Shown: positions 6,787 through 17,001, counted from the stretch's first letter. The stretch is 64,000 nt of DNA from Phycisphaerales bacterium (GCA_029260315.1 JAJDDM010000072.1:1357-65356); one strand, 5' to 3'. A program made the numbers and translations. The notes: generated by a model not told the origin, from the sequence alone.

Positions 6787-9666
6787 TCAGCCGCCCAACT
6801 GCAGCAACGACTGCGACTGGGTCTGGAGCAGCGCGATCGTCTGCTCCATCGCCAGGAACTGACGCGTCAGGATCTCCCGCCGGCGCTCCAGCCGGATATC
6901 GAACGCGTCGACCCGATCCTCCTGCAGCTCGATCTGGCTGTCCAGCGACTGCTTGCGGACCGTCAGCACGCCGTCGATCGAGTCCACATAGTCCTTGGCC
7001 AGCTCCTCGAGAAGCCCCGCGATCCCGATCGCGCTGAAGCTGTCGTCGGTGTCCGTGTTCTTGACCTTGATCCCCGGGGCGATCTCGATGAACTCCTCGC
7101 GAGCCTCCAGGTCCCGCGTCTCGAACAGCGCCGCCACCGACGTGTAGTCCTCCTCCATCGCCGCCCGCAGGCGGTCCTGGTCGATCTCCAGCTTCCCGCC
7201 CTCGCCCACCGTGATCCCGACATCGACCAGCCGCGTGAACTGGCCGGTGAGCCCCTGGGCCTCGCTCTGCACAAGCGAGGTCAGCGATTGCTTGAGCTGC
7301 AGGGCCGTCGAATCGCCCAGCAGCACGCCGCGTTCTTCGGTCTCGGTCACGAACCGCGTGTGAAAGTCGATCCGCTCGATCAGCGTGTTGTACGCGTCCA
7401 CGAACGCCTGAACCTCGCTCTCGACCTTCTCGCTGTCCCGGCTGATCGTCAGCGTCACCGGGTCCTCGCTCGCGCTGAGCAGATCGATCGACACGCCCTG
7501 GATCACGTTGTCTAAGGAGTTCGTCCCACTACGCAGCAGCACCGCCTTGGCCGGGTCGCTCGAGCCGTAGAACACCCGCGCGTCCTCGCCCTCTTCGAGC
7601 ACGCTCAGGCCCAGATCGAACCCCTGCGTGTCCAGCACGAATCGTCCCTCGCGACCGCTCGTACGCGACACGATGCTCAGGCGGAACGGCGAGCCGTCCG
7701 AGCCGTCATTGATGATCGACGCCGTCGCCTGCCCCCCCGCGTCGTTGATCTTCAGGACCAGGTCGTCCAGCGTGTCCCCCGGCTCGAACACGACCTCTGT
7801 TTCACGACTGCCGTCGATGATGTTGTCGGCGCCAGTCCCCGTCGCCTCACCCTCGATTCTCAGGTTCTTGGCCACCGAGCCCGTCTCGTCGCTCACCCGG
7901 ATCGCCAGCCCGCCATCCGGGAACGCCGGATCCTCGCGGATCACGATCCCGTCGCCCGAGTCGTTGATCGCCGCCTCAATCCGCACCCCCTGGGCCTGAG
8001 CGATCGAGTTGATCTCCGAGATCATCTGGTCCACGGTCTTGGTGTCGGTCCCGATCACGATCTCCGCGGTCACGCCGTTGCCGTCAGAGATCGTGAACGT
8101 CCCGGTGCCGACGCCCTTGCTGTTGTTGAACTCGCTCAGCTGGGTCGAGAGGGTGACGTAGGCGTGTTCGAGATCCCCGCCGCGGACCGAGTCCGCCGCC
8201 ACGCCGCCGACGTCCGTGGCGATGCCCAGCGAGTCGGCCCCGTCGCCGGTGATGGTCAGGTTGCCGCCCCCGCCGGTCGTGTCGCTGATGAGCAGGCCCG
8301 TGCCCGCGTCGTTGAGGCTCGCGACGATCTTGCCGCCGTTGCCCGCGTCGTCGTTGATGGCCCGCAGGATGTCGCTGATCGTCTCATCGCCGGTGAAGTC
8401 CAGGTTGAGCACGGTGCCGTCGCGTGCTGTGAGGGTCGCCAGCCCGTCGCCGATTCCTAGCCCCGAGCGTCCGTTCAGATTCCGCACCAAGGTCCCGTTC
8501 AGGTCCGCGATCAATCGCCCGCCCGAGACCAGTGTCGCCGCGTCGTACGTCCCCGAGGTATCGAACCCCAGATCCTGCGCCGTCGTCCCGTCCTGGTTCT
8601 CGGTGATCGTGATGTCCAGCGCCTCGGAACTGGAGATCTCGATCCGTCCCTCGCTGTTTACGCTGGCGGTCAGCGTCGCGCTGACGCCGGGATCGGCCTC
8701 GATCTCATCCAGCGCCGCGTTGATCCGATCGAGCACCCCGCCGATCGTCGTCGCCGGCCCCTCCAGCAGTTCCAGATCGGTGTCGTAGACCCCGCCGATG
8801 TTCACGTTCGCGCTCACCGCCGGGTTCACCCCGTCGCCCACGCTGATGCTGAAATCGAACCGACTATCCCCCACGGTGTCGCTCACGAACACCCCGTTGC
8901 CGTCGTTGAGCCGGCTCAGCAGGCTCGTCTGGGCGAGCACATACACGTCCAAGCCCTCGAAGACATCGACGCTCGCGTCGTTGTCGGTGCCCAGCCCGAG
9001 ATCCGTCGCCGTCGTCGAGCCCAGCACGTTGGCGATCGTCACCGTCTGCCCCGAGCCCGCGCGCACCACGAAGTGCCCGTCCGACACGCTCGCGGTCACG
9101 TCGATCCCCGCGCCGTTGATCTCATCGAGCACGTCCTGCACCGTCGCGACCTTCGACAGATCGATCTCCGTCGCGTTCCCATCCAGCGAGATCGAGATCT
9201 TCCCCCGCCCGATCCCCTCGCCGCCGTTCAGCGCCGACAGGTCAACGTCCCGGTCCAGCCGCGCCTCGGCGGACTCGAACGTGAACGCGCTCGCCCCGAT
9301 CGGCGAGACGTCCCGATCCGCGAACCCGTCGCTCAAGAGCTGGCGCGTCGTCACCAGCCGATCGACGATGAAGTCGTACGCCCCCGGCACCGCCGAGGCC
9401 CCCGCCGTCGCGCTCAGCACGTCGCCGTCGGAACTCACCGCCCGGTTGCTGCTGAAGATGTTGTTGAGCCGGAAGTTCGACGCGGCGCTGCGCACCGATC
9501 CCAGCCGCGAGTTCAGGTCCAGGTACGCCGACTGCTGGATCTGGAGTTGGGCGATCCGGCGCTGCATCAGCACCCGCGGGCGCGACTCCACCGCGAGCAG
9601 CTGCTCGATCAGCGTCCGCGTGTCGATGCCGCTGAAGATCCCCACGCCAGAAGTGATGCCGCCCAT
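6787..9666 (-). CDS. fliD: flagellar filament capping protein FliD (hook-associated protein 2), 959 aa
   Basis: ORF 6787..9762(-). The start is chosen at ATG 9666-9664, preceded by GGAGG, giving MGGITSGVGIFSGIDTRTLIEQLLAVESRP, a FliD N-terminal block. The C-terminus DRLERRREILTRQFLAMEQTIALLQ is a FliD C-terminal block. Confidence 0.88.
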   Translation of the reverse strand: MGGITSGVGIFSGIDTRTLIEQLLAVESRPRVLMQRRIAQLQIQQSAYLDLNSRLGSVRSAASNFRLNNIFSSNRAVSSDGDVLSATAGASAVPGAYDFIVDRLVTTRQLLSDGFADRDVSPIGASAFTFESAEARLDRDVDLSALNGGEGIGRGKISISLDGNATEIDLSKVATVQDVLDEINGAGIDVTASVSDGHFVVRAGSGQTVTIANVLGSTTATDLGLGTDNDASVDVFEGLDVYVLAQTSLLSRLNDGNGVFVSDTVGDSRFDFSISVGDGVNPAVSANVNIGGVYDTDLELLEGPATTIGGVLDRINAALDEIEADPGVSATLTASVNSEGRIEISSSEALDITITENQDGTTAQDLGFDTSGTYDAATLVSGGRLIADLNGTLVRNLNGRSGLGIGDGLATLTARDGTVLNLDFTGDETISDILRAINDDAGNGGKIVASLNDAGTGLLISDTTGGGGNLTITGDGADSLGIATDVGGVAADSVRGGDLEHAYVTLSTQLSEFNNSKGVGTGTFTISDGNGVTAEIVIGTDTKTVDQMISEINSIAQAQGVRIEAAINDSGDGIVIREDPAFPDGGLAIRVSDETGSVAKNLRIEGEATGTGADNIIDGSRETEVVFEPGDTLDDLVLKINDAGGQATASIINDGSDGSPFRLSIVSRTSGREGRFVLDTQGFDLGLSVLEEGEDARVFYGSSDPAKAVLLRSGTNSLDNVIQGVSIDLLSASEDPVTLTISRDSEKVESEVQAFVDAYNTLIERIDFHTRFVTETEERGVLLGDSTALQLKQSLTSLVQSEAQGLTGQFTRLVDVGITVGEGGKLEIDQDRLRAAMEEDYTSVAALFETRDLEAREEFIEIAPGIKVKNTDTDDSFSAIGIAGLLEELAKDYVDSIDGVLTVRKQSLDSQIELQEDRVDAFDIRLERRREILTRQFLAMEQTIALLQTQSQSLLQLGG

Positions 9667-9804
9667 ATCGCCTCCATGCTGCGGTGCCTGGGCACCGTCT
9701 CCAGACCCGATATCGGCACAATGGCCCCCGCAGTCCCCAGATCCCCGAACGATCCGCCCCACCCCGCGTAACCTGAGCTGTTCCAGAGGCCGATAGGAAC
9801 CCCG

Positions 9805-10404
9805 ATGGAAGCACCCAGCACCCCGATCCGCGCGGCGACAGGCCTCCTCAGCGCCCTCGCTCTCGCCTCATTGATATGGGGGTTATTGCTAGTTTTTGCG
9901 GGCCAACAGCCCAACTGGGGTGCCTTCGTCTTCGAACTCGTCGTCCTCGCCTCGGCGGTCTTCGGCACCCTCTTCGCCCTCGGCAGGTTCCCTCGCGCCC
10001 CGGGCCTCACCCTCGCCAGCATCGCCGGCTGCATCTTTATCAGCACCGGTCTCGCGCTGCTCTCGATCCCGCTCGCCCCCACACAAGTGCTGAGCCACCC
10101 CCTCTTCCTCTCCCGTTTCTTCCTCGTCGCGGCCCTCACCGTCCTGGCCGCCCTCGTGACCCTCGGCGGCGATCGCCTCGCCTGGAAAAGCCTCATCAAG
10201 GGTACCCTGCTCACAACCATCAGCATCGCACTCATCGCCGCCGGCTTTGCCACCAAGTCCGCCTGGCTCGCCGGCACCGGATTTCTCCCCCTTCTCCTGC
10301 TCGTGGTCTCCCTCGTCCTGCTCACGGCCCTTGCCGCAGCGTTCTGCGTCGGCGTCCACCTCATCATCCGCGCCTTCGAGACCGCGACCAAGCCGTCCGT
10401 ATAA
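9805..10404 (+). CDS. hypothetical polytopic membrane protein (about 6 TM segments)
   Basis: 199-aa ORF made almost entirely of hydrophobic helices. GC3-rich codons. No recognisable family. Confidence 0.6.
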   Translation: MEAPSTPIRAATGLLSALALASLIWGLLLVFAGQQPNWGAFVFELVVLASAVFGTLFALGRFPRAPGLTLASIAGCIFISTGLALLSIPLAPTQVLSHPLFLSRFFLVAALTVLAALVTLGGDRLAWKSLIKGTLLTTISIALIAAGFATKSAWLAGTGFLPLLLLVVSLVLLTALAAAFCVGVHLIIRAFETATKPSV

Positions 10405-10493
10405 CCCATCTTCCCCCTACCCAAGAAACGCATCCCAGAAACCGGGCCCACCAGAATCCCAACAACCCTCCGCACAACCGCGGAGAAGCTTCC

Positions 10494-11168
10494 ATGTCCG
10501 GCACCGACTTTCTTATCGTCCTCAGCGCAGGCGTGCTGATCGGCCTCGTCGCCGTGACCGCCGGGCGCTGGCTCCTCCGCCGGCGTGCCCGCGCTTCGGA
10601 GATCCAGGTCACCGACATCCACGTCATCGCCGAGCGTGTCCAGGCTGTCTCGCGCCTCGTCGGCCTGGAGGTCTCGGCCAAGGAGATCGCGACCGCCAAG
10701 AAGGGCCTGAGCTGGCTCCCGCCGCTCATCCTCTCTCAGGCGCGCCTCGCGATGATCTTCCAGTTCGAGAAGCAGTACGCGGTGGATCTCTCGCTCATCG
10801 ACACCTCGGACGTTGACCCGCTCGCCCCCGGCAAGTACCGCCTGCGGATGCCCGAGATCGACGGCACCCTCCGCCTGATCGACGTCTCGCCCTACGACAT
10901 CCAGGACGGGCGCATGCTGGGCCTGCTCGATGTCATCCAGATGAACGCGACGACGCAGAAGCAACTCATGGACCGCGCCCAGGAGCAGGCCGCCAACCTC
11001 TTCGTCTCCAACGACAAGCGATATCTCGCCGAGGCCCGCGCCAGCATCGAGCGCCAGCTCAAGTCCCTGCTCGCGCTGTTCGACGCCGACGTCACGTTCG
11101 AATGGCCGGACCATAATCCGCTGCCCATCGTCGAAGCCGCCGAGCCCGTCCCCGCCCTCTCGGCCTAA
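10494..11168 (+). CDS. hypothetical membrane-anchored protein, possibly DUF4230-like
   Basis: Internal ATG 10494 of ORF 9876..11168 is preceded by GGAGA. It gives MSGTDFLIVLSAGVLIGLVAVTAG (one TM segment) followed by a soluble domain. The DUF4230 assignment is tentative. Confidence 0.6.
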   Translation: MSGTDFLIVLSAGVLIGLVAVTAGRWLLRRRARASEIQVTDIHVIAERVQAVSRLVGLEVSAKEIATAKKGLSWLPPLILSQARLAMIFQFEKQYAVDLSLIDTSDVDPLAPGKYRLRMPEIDGTLRLIDVSPYDIQDGRMLGLLDVIQMNATTQKQLMDRAQEQAANLFVSNDKRYLAEARASIERQLKSLLALFDADVTFEWPDHNPLPIVEAAEPVPALSA

Positions 11169-11172
11169 AATG

Positions 11173-11265
11173 GGTGCCGTGGCCTAAGCGAGTCTTCGAG
11201 CGCAGGCCACGCCCTTGCACACTCGACGTGGCATTCGTCGCAGAGCCTCCTCATACCACGGCACC
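11173..11265. mobile_element. MITE-like element, family C, copy 2 (compact, 93 bp)
   Basis: The termini GGTGCCGTGGCCT and ATACCACGGCACC are inverted. An inner hairpin GCCACG...CGTGGC is present. It starts 4 nt after the stop of the upstream gene. Confidence 0.75.
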
Positions 11266-11287
11266 ATCACGCCGGGATCGACCAGAC

Positions 11288-13198
11288 TCACTCGGGCTTC
11301 ACAATCACAACCCGCGCCTCGAATCCCTCGTCAATCGACGACACCGACGCCGCCAGATCGCCCAGATACCCCGTCAGAACGTCGATTTCCGGCAGCTTAT
11401 CCAGCCACGCCGGGCGATACTCGTCCCACTCGTCCTCGAACCACTCGCGCTGCTGGCGATCGAACCGCTCTGCCATCTGATACATCTGCTCGAAGTACCG
11501 CTCGGTATCCTGATAGCTGATCGCGACCCAATCCGCGTCGCCGATCGCCGCCATGGCGTCGCGATACCCATCGTTCGCCTCCAGCCCGCCCTCGCGCGGC
11601 TCGCCCGCCAGGCGCAGCGTGTCCTCCACCCGCGCCGTCGCGCCCAGCACGACATAACCGTTGCCGAGGCCCACCGCCAGCGGCATCATTTCCCCCTCGA
11701 ACACCTGCCCGCCGCCGAACTCCCGCGGCATCAGCCCGACCATCGCCCCAAACCCCGTCAGCGCGTTGCGCAGCGGCGCGGCGTCGCTCACCGGCACCGC
11801 GATCACCGTTCCCGCCATGGGATTCTCCGCCAACTCTTCCTCATCGACCGCCATCGTCCACGTCAGCATCCGGTCTCCCAACGACTCGACGATCGGCCTG
11901 GCGATGAACATGAACTGCTGCGACTGCGCCCGCGCCAGATCCCCCTGCTCGCCCGGGATCGCCGCGATCGTCTCCTCTGCGAGCCCGATCAGCCGCGAGA
12001 AATCCGCCCGCACGATCGCCACACCCGACGCCTCCGCCGGCACGAACGCCGGCACCTCGATCGCCTCGCCGTCCAGGTCGACCAGTCGCATCCAGCCGCC
12101 CTTCTCCTCGGCGACCAGCCGCACCCGCAACTCGCCCACCTCCGGCGTATCCAGCGTCAGCGCGGCCCCGAGCCCCTGCATCTGGCGCACGCCCAGCAGC
12201 CCGAACCCAATCTCTTGCATCTGGCTGAACGGATCGAACTCGTCGGCCATCATTGCCGCGTTGGCAAGGCTGAGCCCGAAGAACGCCGAGAGGTTCACCG
12301 CGGCCCGCGCTTGCGCGCCCTCAGCGAGCCCGTCCAGCGCGTCGGCGTAGAACGGCGCGTCCGCCGCGGCGTCGTCCAGCCCGTCCTCGATCGCGTCCAG
12401 CAGGTCCAGCATCGATTCGCCGTGGTTCGTCATGACAAACGTGTCGCCCAGCCATGTGTACGCGAACTCCTCCGAGGCGTAGAAGATCGTCGAGATCGTC
12501 GCGTCCACGCCCTGGAGATCATCGAACGGCGTCTGCGGGCTGTTGCTCTCCATCCACTCCCACAGCGCTTGGTAGTCCTCCTCGGTCTCGGCGCCCTCGG
12601 CCATCTCCGCGTACTTCTCGAAGTACGCGCCGAACGCTCTGTCGCTCTCCATCCGCACGATCGACCGCAGCGTCAGCACGCGCGCATCGCCGACGCGTTC
12701 GTCCTCCTCGATCTCGATGAACCCCTTGTCCAGGGCGACATCGACGAGCTCCTCGATCCCCTCGCGGTACATCGCCGCGTGCTCGCCCAGATCCGCGAAG
12801 ACCGCGAACCGATACGCAATCTCGCTCTCCTCGAAGTCCTCGCTCTGCACGACCTCCTCGACGCTCCCCGGCAGCGACAACGCGAGCCCCACGCCGCCCG
12901 TCGGCCACGCCAGCTCCTCACGGTCCATCCCCAGCCGCTCGAGCAGCGCGTCCAGCCCGCCCTCGTCGTCTTCACTGTCCGCAAAGTACGCCTCGAGGAA
13001 CCCGACGACCTGCGGATGCTCGATCAGGTCCTTCAGCCCCGCCCGCTCCGCCGACGCCGCCAACTCCGAAAAGTCGTCCACCTCGACGACCAGCAGCGCC
13101 CGCTCATCCACGAGCTGTGAGATCGGCGGCAGCGCGCCCGCCGCGCCCGACAGCACGCAAACACAAACACCCAGCGCGGCAAACGTCAATCTCATCAC
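11288..13198 (-). CDS. hypothetical secreted protein, acidic, 636 aa
   Basis: Signal-peptide-like N-terminus MMRLTFAALGVCVCVLSGAAG. Long uninterrupted GC3-rich ORF. It lies downstream of the protease gene on the same strand. Confidence 0.7.
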   Translation of the reverse strand: MMRLTFAALGVCVCVLSGAAGALPPISQLVDERALLVVEVDDFSELAASAERAGLKDLIEHPQVVGFLEAYFADSEDDEGGLDALLERLGMDREELAWPTGGVGLALSLPGSVEEVVQSEDFEESEIAYRFAVFADLGEHAAMYREGIEELVDVALDKGFIEIEEDERVGDARVLTLRSIVRMESDRAFGAYFEKYAEMAEGAETEEDYQALWEWMESNSPQTPFDDLQGVDATISTIFYASEEFAYTWLGDTFVMTNHGESMLDLLDAIEDGLDDAAADAPFYADALDGLAEGAQARAAVNLSAFFGLSLANAAMMADEFDPFSQMQEIGFGLLGVRQMQGLGAALTLDTPEVGELRVRLVAEEKGGWMRLVDLDGEAIEVPAFVPAEASGVAIVRADFSRLIGLAEETIAAIPGEQGDLARAQSQQFMFIARPIVESLGDRMLTWTMAVDEEELAENPMAGTVIAVPVSDAAPLRNALTGFGAMVGLMPREFGGGQVFEGEMMPLAVGLGNGYVVLGATARVEDTLRLAGEPREGGLEANDGYRDAMAAIGDADWVAISYQDTERYFEQMYQMAERFDRQQREWFEDEWDEYRPAWLDKLPEIDVLTGYLGDLAASVSSIDEGFEARVVIVKPE

Positions 13199-13273
13199 CG
13201 ACCTCTCTTTCGATGCCCTGTTGTTCGTGTCATATTTACCGAGGAATCAGGCCGCGCTCACAACCCGGAGCGC

Positions 13274-14305
13274 TCAACCGTCCTGATCCACCTTCGTCTC
13301 ATCGTCCAACTGCGGCGGCGAACCCGCCCGCTTCCTGCCCGGCCCGTCCTTGTATTCATACCCCGAGTTCGGGTTCTCCGCGTCGAAGCTGAACGCGTCG
13401 CGATGCTCGATAAAATCCTTCAGATACCGCGCCGGGATCGCGAAGTTCAGCCCCTCGCCCATCGGGATCCCCATGTTCGTCACCCCGATCACCTCGCCCC
13501 GATCGTTGAACAGCGGCCCGCCCGAGTTGCCCGGATTGATCTGCGTGTCCGTCTGGATGTACGCCAGGCCCTCAAAGCTCCGCGAGGTCGTCGAGATCAC
13601 GCCCCGGCTGAGCGTTCGCTCCAGCCCCAGGGGATTGCCGATCGCGAACACGCTCTGGCCTGCCGCCAGTTCCTCGCCGCCCTGGATGTTCACCGTCTTG
13701 AAAGGCTTGCCGTCGGGGTGCTCCATCTTGATCATCGCCAGGTCGATGTGGTTGTTCACCGCGATGATCCGCACGTCCTCGATCAGCATCCGCTTGAACT
13801 CGTGCTCGGTCCGCTCCCAGACCGTGCAGCGGATCTTGCGTTCGCCCTGCACGACATGCGCGTTGGTGATCGCGTACCCGTCCGGGTGGATGATGAACCC
13901 CGACCCCAGCCCGCGCGGCGTCGACACCTTCACCACCGCGTCGCCGAAGGCTTTGGCCAGCTCCTTGGGCGAGCGTTCGGCCAGCCCGCTCTCGACCGTG
14001 TACAGGCGATCCTCACCATCGCCCACGCCGATCGAAGCCTCGCCCGCCTCCTCGCGCTGCCGCTCGACGATCTCGGCCCGCTCCAGCTCCAGCAGCGTCG
14101 AGCCCAGATCCACCCAGATGGATGAATCGGTCTCCTTGACGACCTTCGCGCGGATCGTCGACCCGTCCCGCAGCGTGATGGTGTCCTGTGCCGATGCCCC
14201 CGCCGCCAGGCCCAGCCCGACCACCAACGCCCCGAACCCAGTGCCACTGGAAGCTCGCCCACCTGTGTGAAAGTGCAACAACGCCACGATTCCGCTCAAA
14301 CGCAT
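13274..14305 (-). CDS. trypsin-like serine peptidase (S1C/HtrA-like, no PDZ domain seen)
   Basis: GSGFIIHPDGYAITNAHVV (His), IDLAMIK (Asp) and NPGNSGGPLF (Ser) are present. The start is set at ATG 14305 (MRLSGIVALL). The ORF could extend to 14389. Confidence 0.85.
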   Translation of the reverse strand: MRLSGIVALLHFHTGGRASSGTGFGALVVGLGLAAGASAQDTITLRDGSTIRAKVVKETDSSIWVDLGSTLLELERAEIVERQREEAGEASIGVGDGEDRLYTVESGLAERSPKELAKAFGDAVVKVSTPRGLGSGFIIHPDGYAITNAHVVQGERKIRCTVWERTEHEFKRMLIEDVRIIAVNNHIDLAMIKMEHPDGKPFKTVNIQGGEELAAGQSVFAIGNPLGLERTLSRGVISTTSRSFEGLAYIQTDTQINPGNSGGPLFNDRGEVIGVTNMGIPMGEGLNFAIPARYLKDFIEHRDAFSFDAENPNSGYEYKDGPGRKRAGSPPQLDDETKVDQDG

Positions 14306-14469
14306 ACGTCCGCTCCCGATATCCCCTCGCGGCACGTCCACGACGGGCCGATGAGGAGTTTCAGTACCATACAGTCTAGTGTCGGGCACGGATCGCCTCG
14401 TCCTGAATGGACTTGGCCCGCCGGACGATACTTTGCACCCTTGGACCCCTGATTCTTAGGAGCAAACGG

Positions 14470-16776
14470 ATGAGCCGCTCTTCTTTCTCAGCACTCGCCG
14501 TCCTCGCCGCGATTCCGGTTCTCGCCGCCTCCCAGGCCCACGCCCAGGTCCAGCCGCCCATCGCCGAATACTTCGGCTTCGAAGATGAGCGCATCATCAT
14601 CGTCGACAACGGCGCGGGCCCCGTCGCGATCGCCGATTTCAACGCCGATGATCGCCCCGACATCGCGGTCGCGAACAACCGCAAGAGCCGCATCGAGATC
14701 CACAGCCTCCGCGCGGCCCCCCGCACCACCAGCGAGATCGAGCGCGACTACGAGGTCAACGAGCTGCCCCCCAACGAGTGGTACGACCGCACCGAGATCA
14801 TCGTCCGCGACCGCATCGCCGCCCTGGCCGCCACGGACCTCGACGCCGACGGCTACGCCGACCTCGTCGCCATCTCCGCCTCCCCCCTCGGCCTTGTCAT
14901 CTACCACCAGCACGCCCCCGGCGAGTTCCGCGAGGCCTCCCGCCGCGACATCTCGGGCCTGAGCACCAACCGCGACGCCCTCGTCGTCGCCGACCTCGAC
15001 GCCGACGGACGCGACGAGATCGCCACGATCGTCAACAGCGATCTCAAGCTCTTCGAGCTCTCCGCCGACGCCCGCCTCAGCGAGCCCACGCTCCTCGGCA
15101 CCGCCGACAACTTCCGCCAGCTCAAGGCCGGAGACTTTGACAACGACGGGCAGCTCGACCTGCTCGCCATCGCGCCGGGCTCGGAGACTCCGCTCCAGCT
15201 CTGGCTCCACGACGCCGCCACCGTCGGCACCCTGCCCACCCTCGCCATGCGCTTCGACGTCCCCAACGTCCAGGACGCCGATGTCATCGTCCGTCCCGGC
15301 GAGCCCGACCAGATCGCCGCGATCGAGAACGGCACCCGCCGCCACCTGGTCTACGAGCTCACCGAGTCTCAGGCGGGCGAGTCCCGCGTCGCCCGCCTCA
15401 TCACGCTCCCCGCGACGAGCGCCGACAGCCGCCCGATCGCCATCGCCGACCTCGACGCCGACGCTCACGACGACGTCGTCTCGCTCGACCCCGACGCCAA
15501 CGAGACCACCATCCTCTGGCAGCTCCCGCAGACCGGCCTCTCGCTGCGCACCAACCACCCGACCTTCAAGTCCCCCTCCGCCGTCGCCGTCGGGCGCTGG
15601 GCGGGGCGCGACGATCCCGCCGTCTTCGTCCTCTCCGAGACCGAGAGCGCCGTCGGCGTCTCCTGGTACGACGAGTCCGCCGCCTCGCTCAGCTTCCCCG
15701 AGCCCATCGTCCTCGCCACCGCCGGCGGCACCCCCGTCGCCATGCGCACCGTCACCATCGACGATCAGTCCATCCTCATGGTCATCGTCAAGAAGCGCCG
15801 CGATTATGTTCTCGAAGCCCACCGCTGGACCGACGGGGGCGACGACCCCGCCACGATCGAGCTCGACGGCGTCACCAAGGCGCCCGAGACCATCCTCGCC
15901 TTCGATGCCGACCGCGACGACACAACCGACCTCCTCCTGCTCACCCCCAACGAACCCATGCTCATGGTCTTGGGCGAGAGCGACGGCAACCTCTGGACCC
16001 CCGCCGAACTCCGCGACAAGGACGCCATGAAGCAGTTCGGCCTCGTCCAGGCCGCCGGTCCGGCCAACACCGCCATCAAGGACCTCGATCACGACGGCCA
16101 GCCCGAGCTGCTCATCGCCGACGCCAACTTCATCCGCGCCTGCGTCTACAGCGAGTCGACCGGCTGGCGCGTTACCGAGCAGTTCAACCTCGACGCAGAC
16201 GCGCAGATCGCCTCGATCACGCCCGACGCCGACCGCCTGCTCGTCGCCGATACCGCCCGCGACCGCATCGTCATCCTCGAACGCGCCAACGGTTCATGGC
16301 GTAAAGCCGCGCAGCTCAAGATCCAGGGCGTTGCGGTCGGGCCCATGCACGCCGGGCGCTTCGCCGGCGACGACACCCCCTCGGCCCTCATCATCGACGA
16401 CGCCGACCTCGCCCTCATCACCCTCGACGGGCCCGCTCAAACCCTCGCCCCGATGAGCGTCTACCGCCCCGACGCCGAGAACCGCTTCGAGCACGAGATC
16501 ACCGCCGCCGACATCAACACCGACGGCTACACCGACCTCATCGTCCTCGACGCCCGCGAGCAGATGTGCTCCATCCTCACCATTGCCGCCAGCGGCCGCA
16601 TCGTCCCCGCCACCGAGTTCAAGGTCTACGAGTCCCGCCTCTTCTCCGGCGGCGACTCCATGGAGTTCGAGCCCTCCCTCGCCCTCGCCACCGATCTCAC
16701 CGCCGACGCCAGAGACGACCTCCTCCTGCTCGTCCACGACCGCGTCATCATCTACCCCCAGGCGGCCGGCCGTTGA
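14470..16776 (+). CDS. FG-GAP / VCBS repeat protein, secreted
   Basis: ATG 14470 follows AGGAG. Signal peptide MSRSSFSALAVLAAIPVLAASQAHAQ. There are at least 8 repeats of the type DLDADGYADLV, DFDNDGQLDLL, DINTDGYTDLI. Confidence 0.85.
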   Translation: MSRSSFSALAVLAAIPVLAASQAHAQVQPPIAEYFGFEDERIIIVDNGAGPVAIADFNADDRPDIAVANNRKSRIEIHSLRAAPRTTSEIERDYEVNELPPNEWYDRTEIIVRDRIAALAATDLDADGYADLVAISASPLGLVIYHQHAPGEFREASRRDISGLSTNRDALVVADLDADGRDEIATIVNSDLKLFELSADARLSEPTLLGTADNFRQLKAGDFDNDGQLDLLAIAPGSETPLQLWLHDAATVGTLPTLAMRFDVPNVQDADVIVRPGEPDQIAAIENGTRRHLVYELTESQAGESRVARLITLPATSADSRPIAIADLDADAHDDVVSLDPDANETTILWQLPQTGLSLRTNHPTFKSPSAVAVGRWAGRDDPAVFVLSETESAVGVSWYDESAASLSFPEPIVLATAGGTPVAMRTVTIDDQSILMVIVKKRRDYVLEAHRWTDGGDDPATIELDGVTKAPETILAFDADRDDTTDLLLLTPNEPMLMVLGESDGNLWTPAELRDKDAMKQFGLVQAAGPANTAIKDLDHDGQPELLIADANFIRACVYSESTGWRVTEQFNLDADAQIASITPDADRLLVADTARDRIVILERANGSWRKAAQLKIQGVAVGPMHAGRFAGDDTPSALIIDDADLALITLDGPAQTLAPMSVYRPDAENRFEHEITAADINTDGYTDLIVLDAREQMCSILTIAASGRIVPATEFKVYESRLFSGGDSMEFEPSLALATDLTADARDDLLLLVHDRVIIYPQAAGR

Positions 16777-16995
16777 CTTTCACGCGGCACAACGGGCGGC
16801 TTTCCCGTAGGTGCGAATCTGTAGTATCCCCTCAGAGTGTTCTCCGCCAAAGATAAAGCCATTCCTCATTGCATACGCCGCCAAGAGGTTCCCCTCATAC
16901 GCCCCGCTTCCAGCGCTCTCTCCCAGGCTCGAAAACATCGAGGACCCAAACTCCTACTTACCGATACTAAACTGCGCGGAGGACACGGCCCCGCC

Positions 16996-17001
16996 CTATA
17001 A
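16996..17001 (+). promoter_or_regulatory. possible -10 box (TATAAT) in the AT-richer spacer upstream of fabH
   Basis: A perfect TATAAT sits inside a 280-bp non-coding stretch of visibly lower GC. No convincing -35 box was found. Planctomycete promoter rules are poorly known. Confidence 0.25.

Noticed and set aside
9710-9717. A sigma-28 promoter for fliD as a reportable feature.
   Set aside because: Only the -10-like GCCGATAT is present. No TAAA-type -35 element lies at the expected spacing, so it is mentioned only within a low-interest finding.
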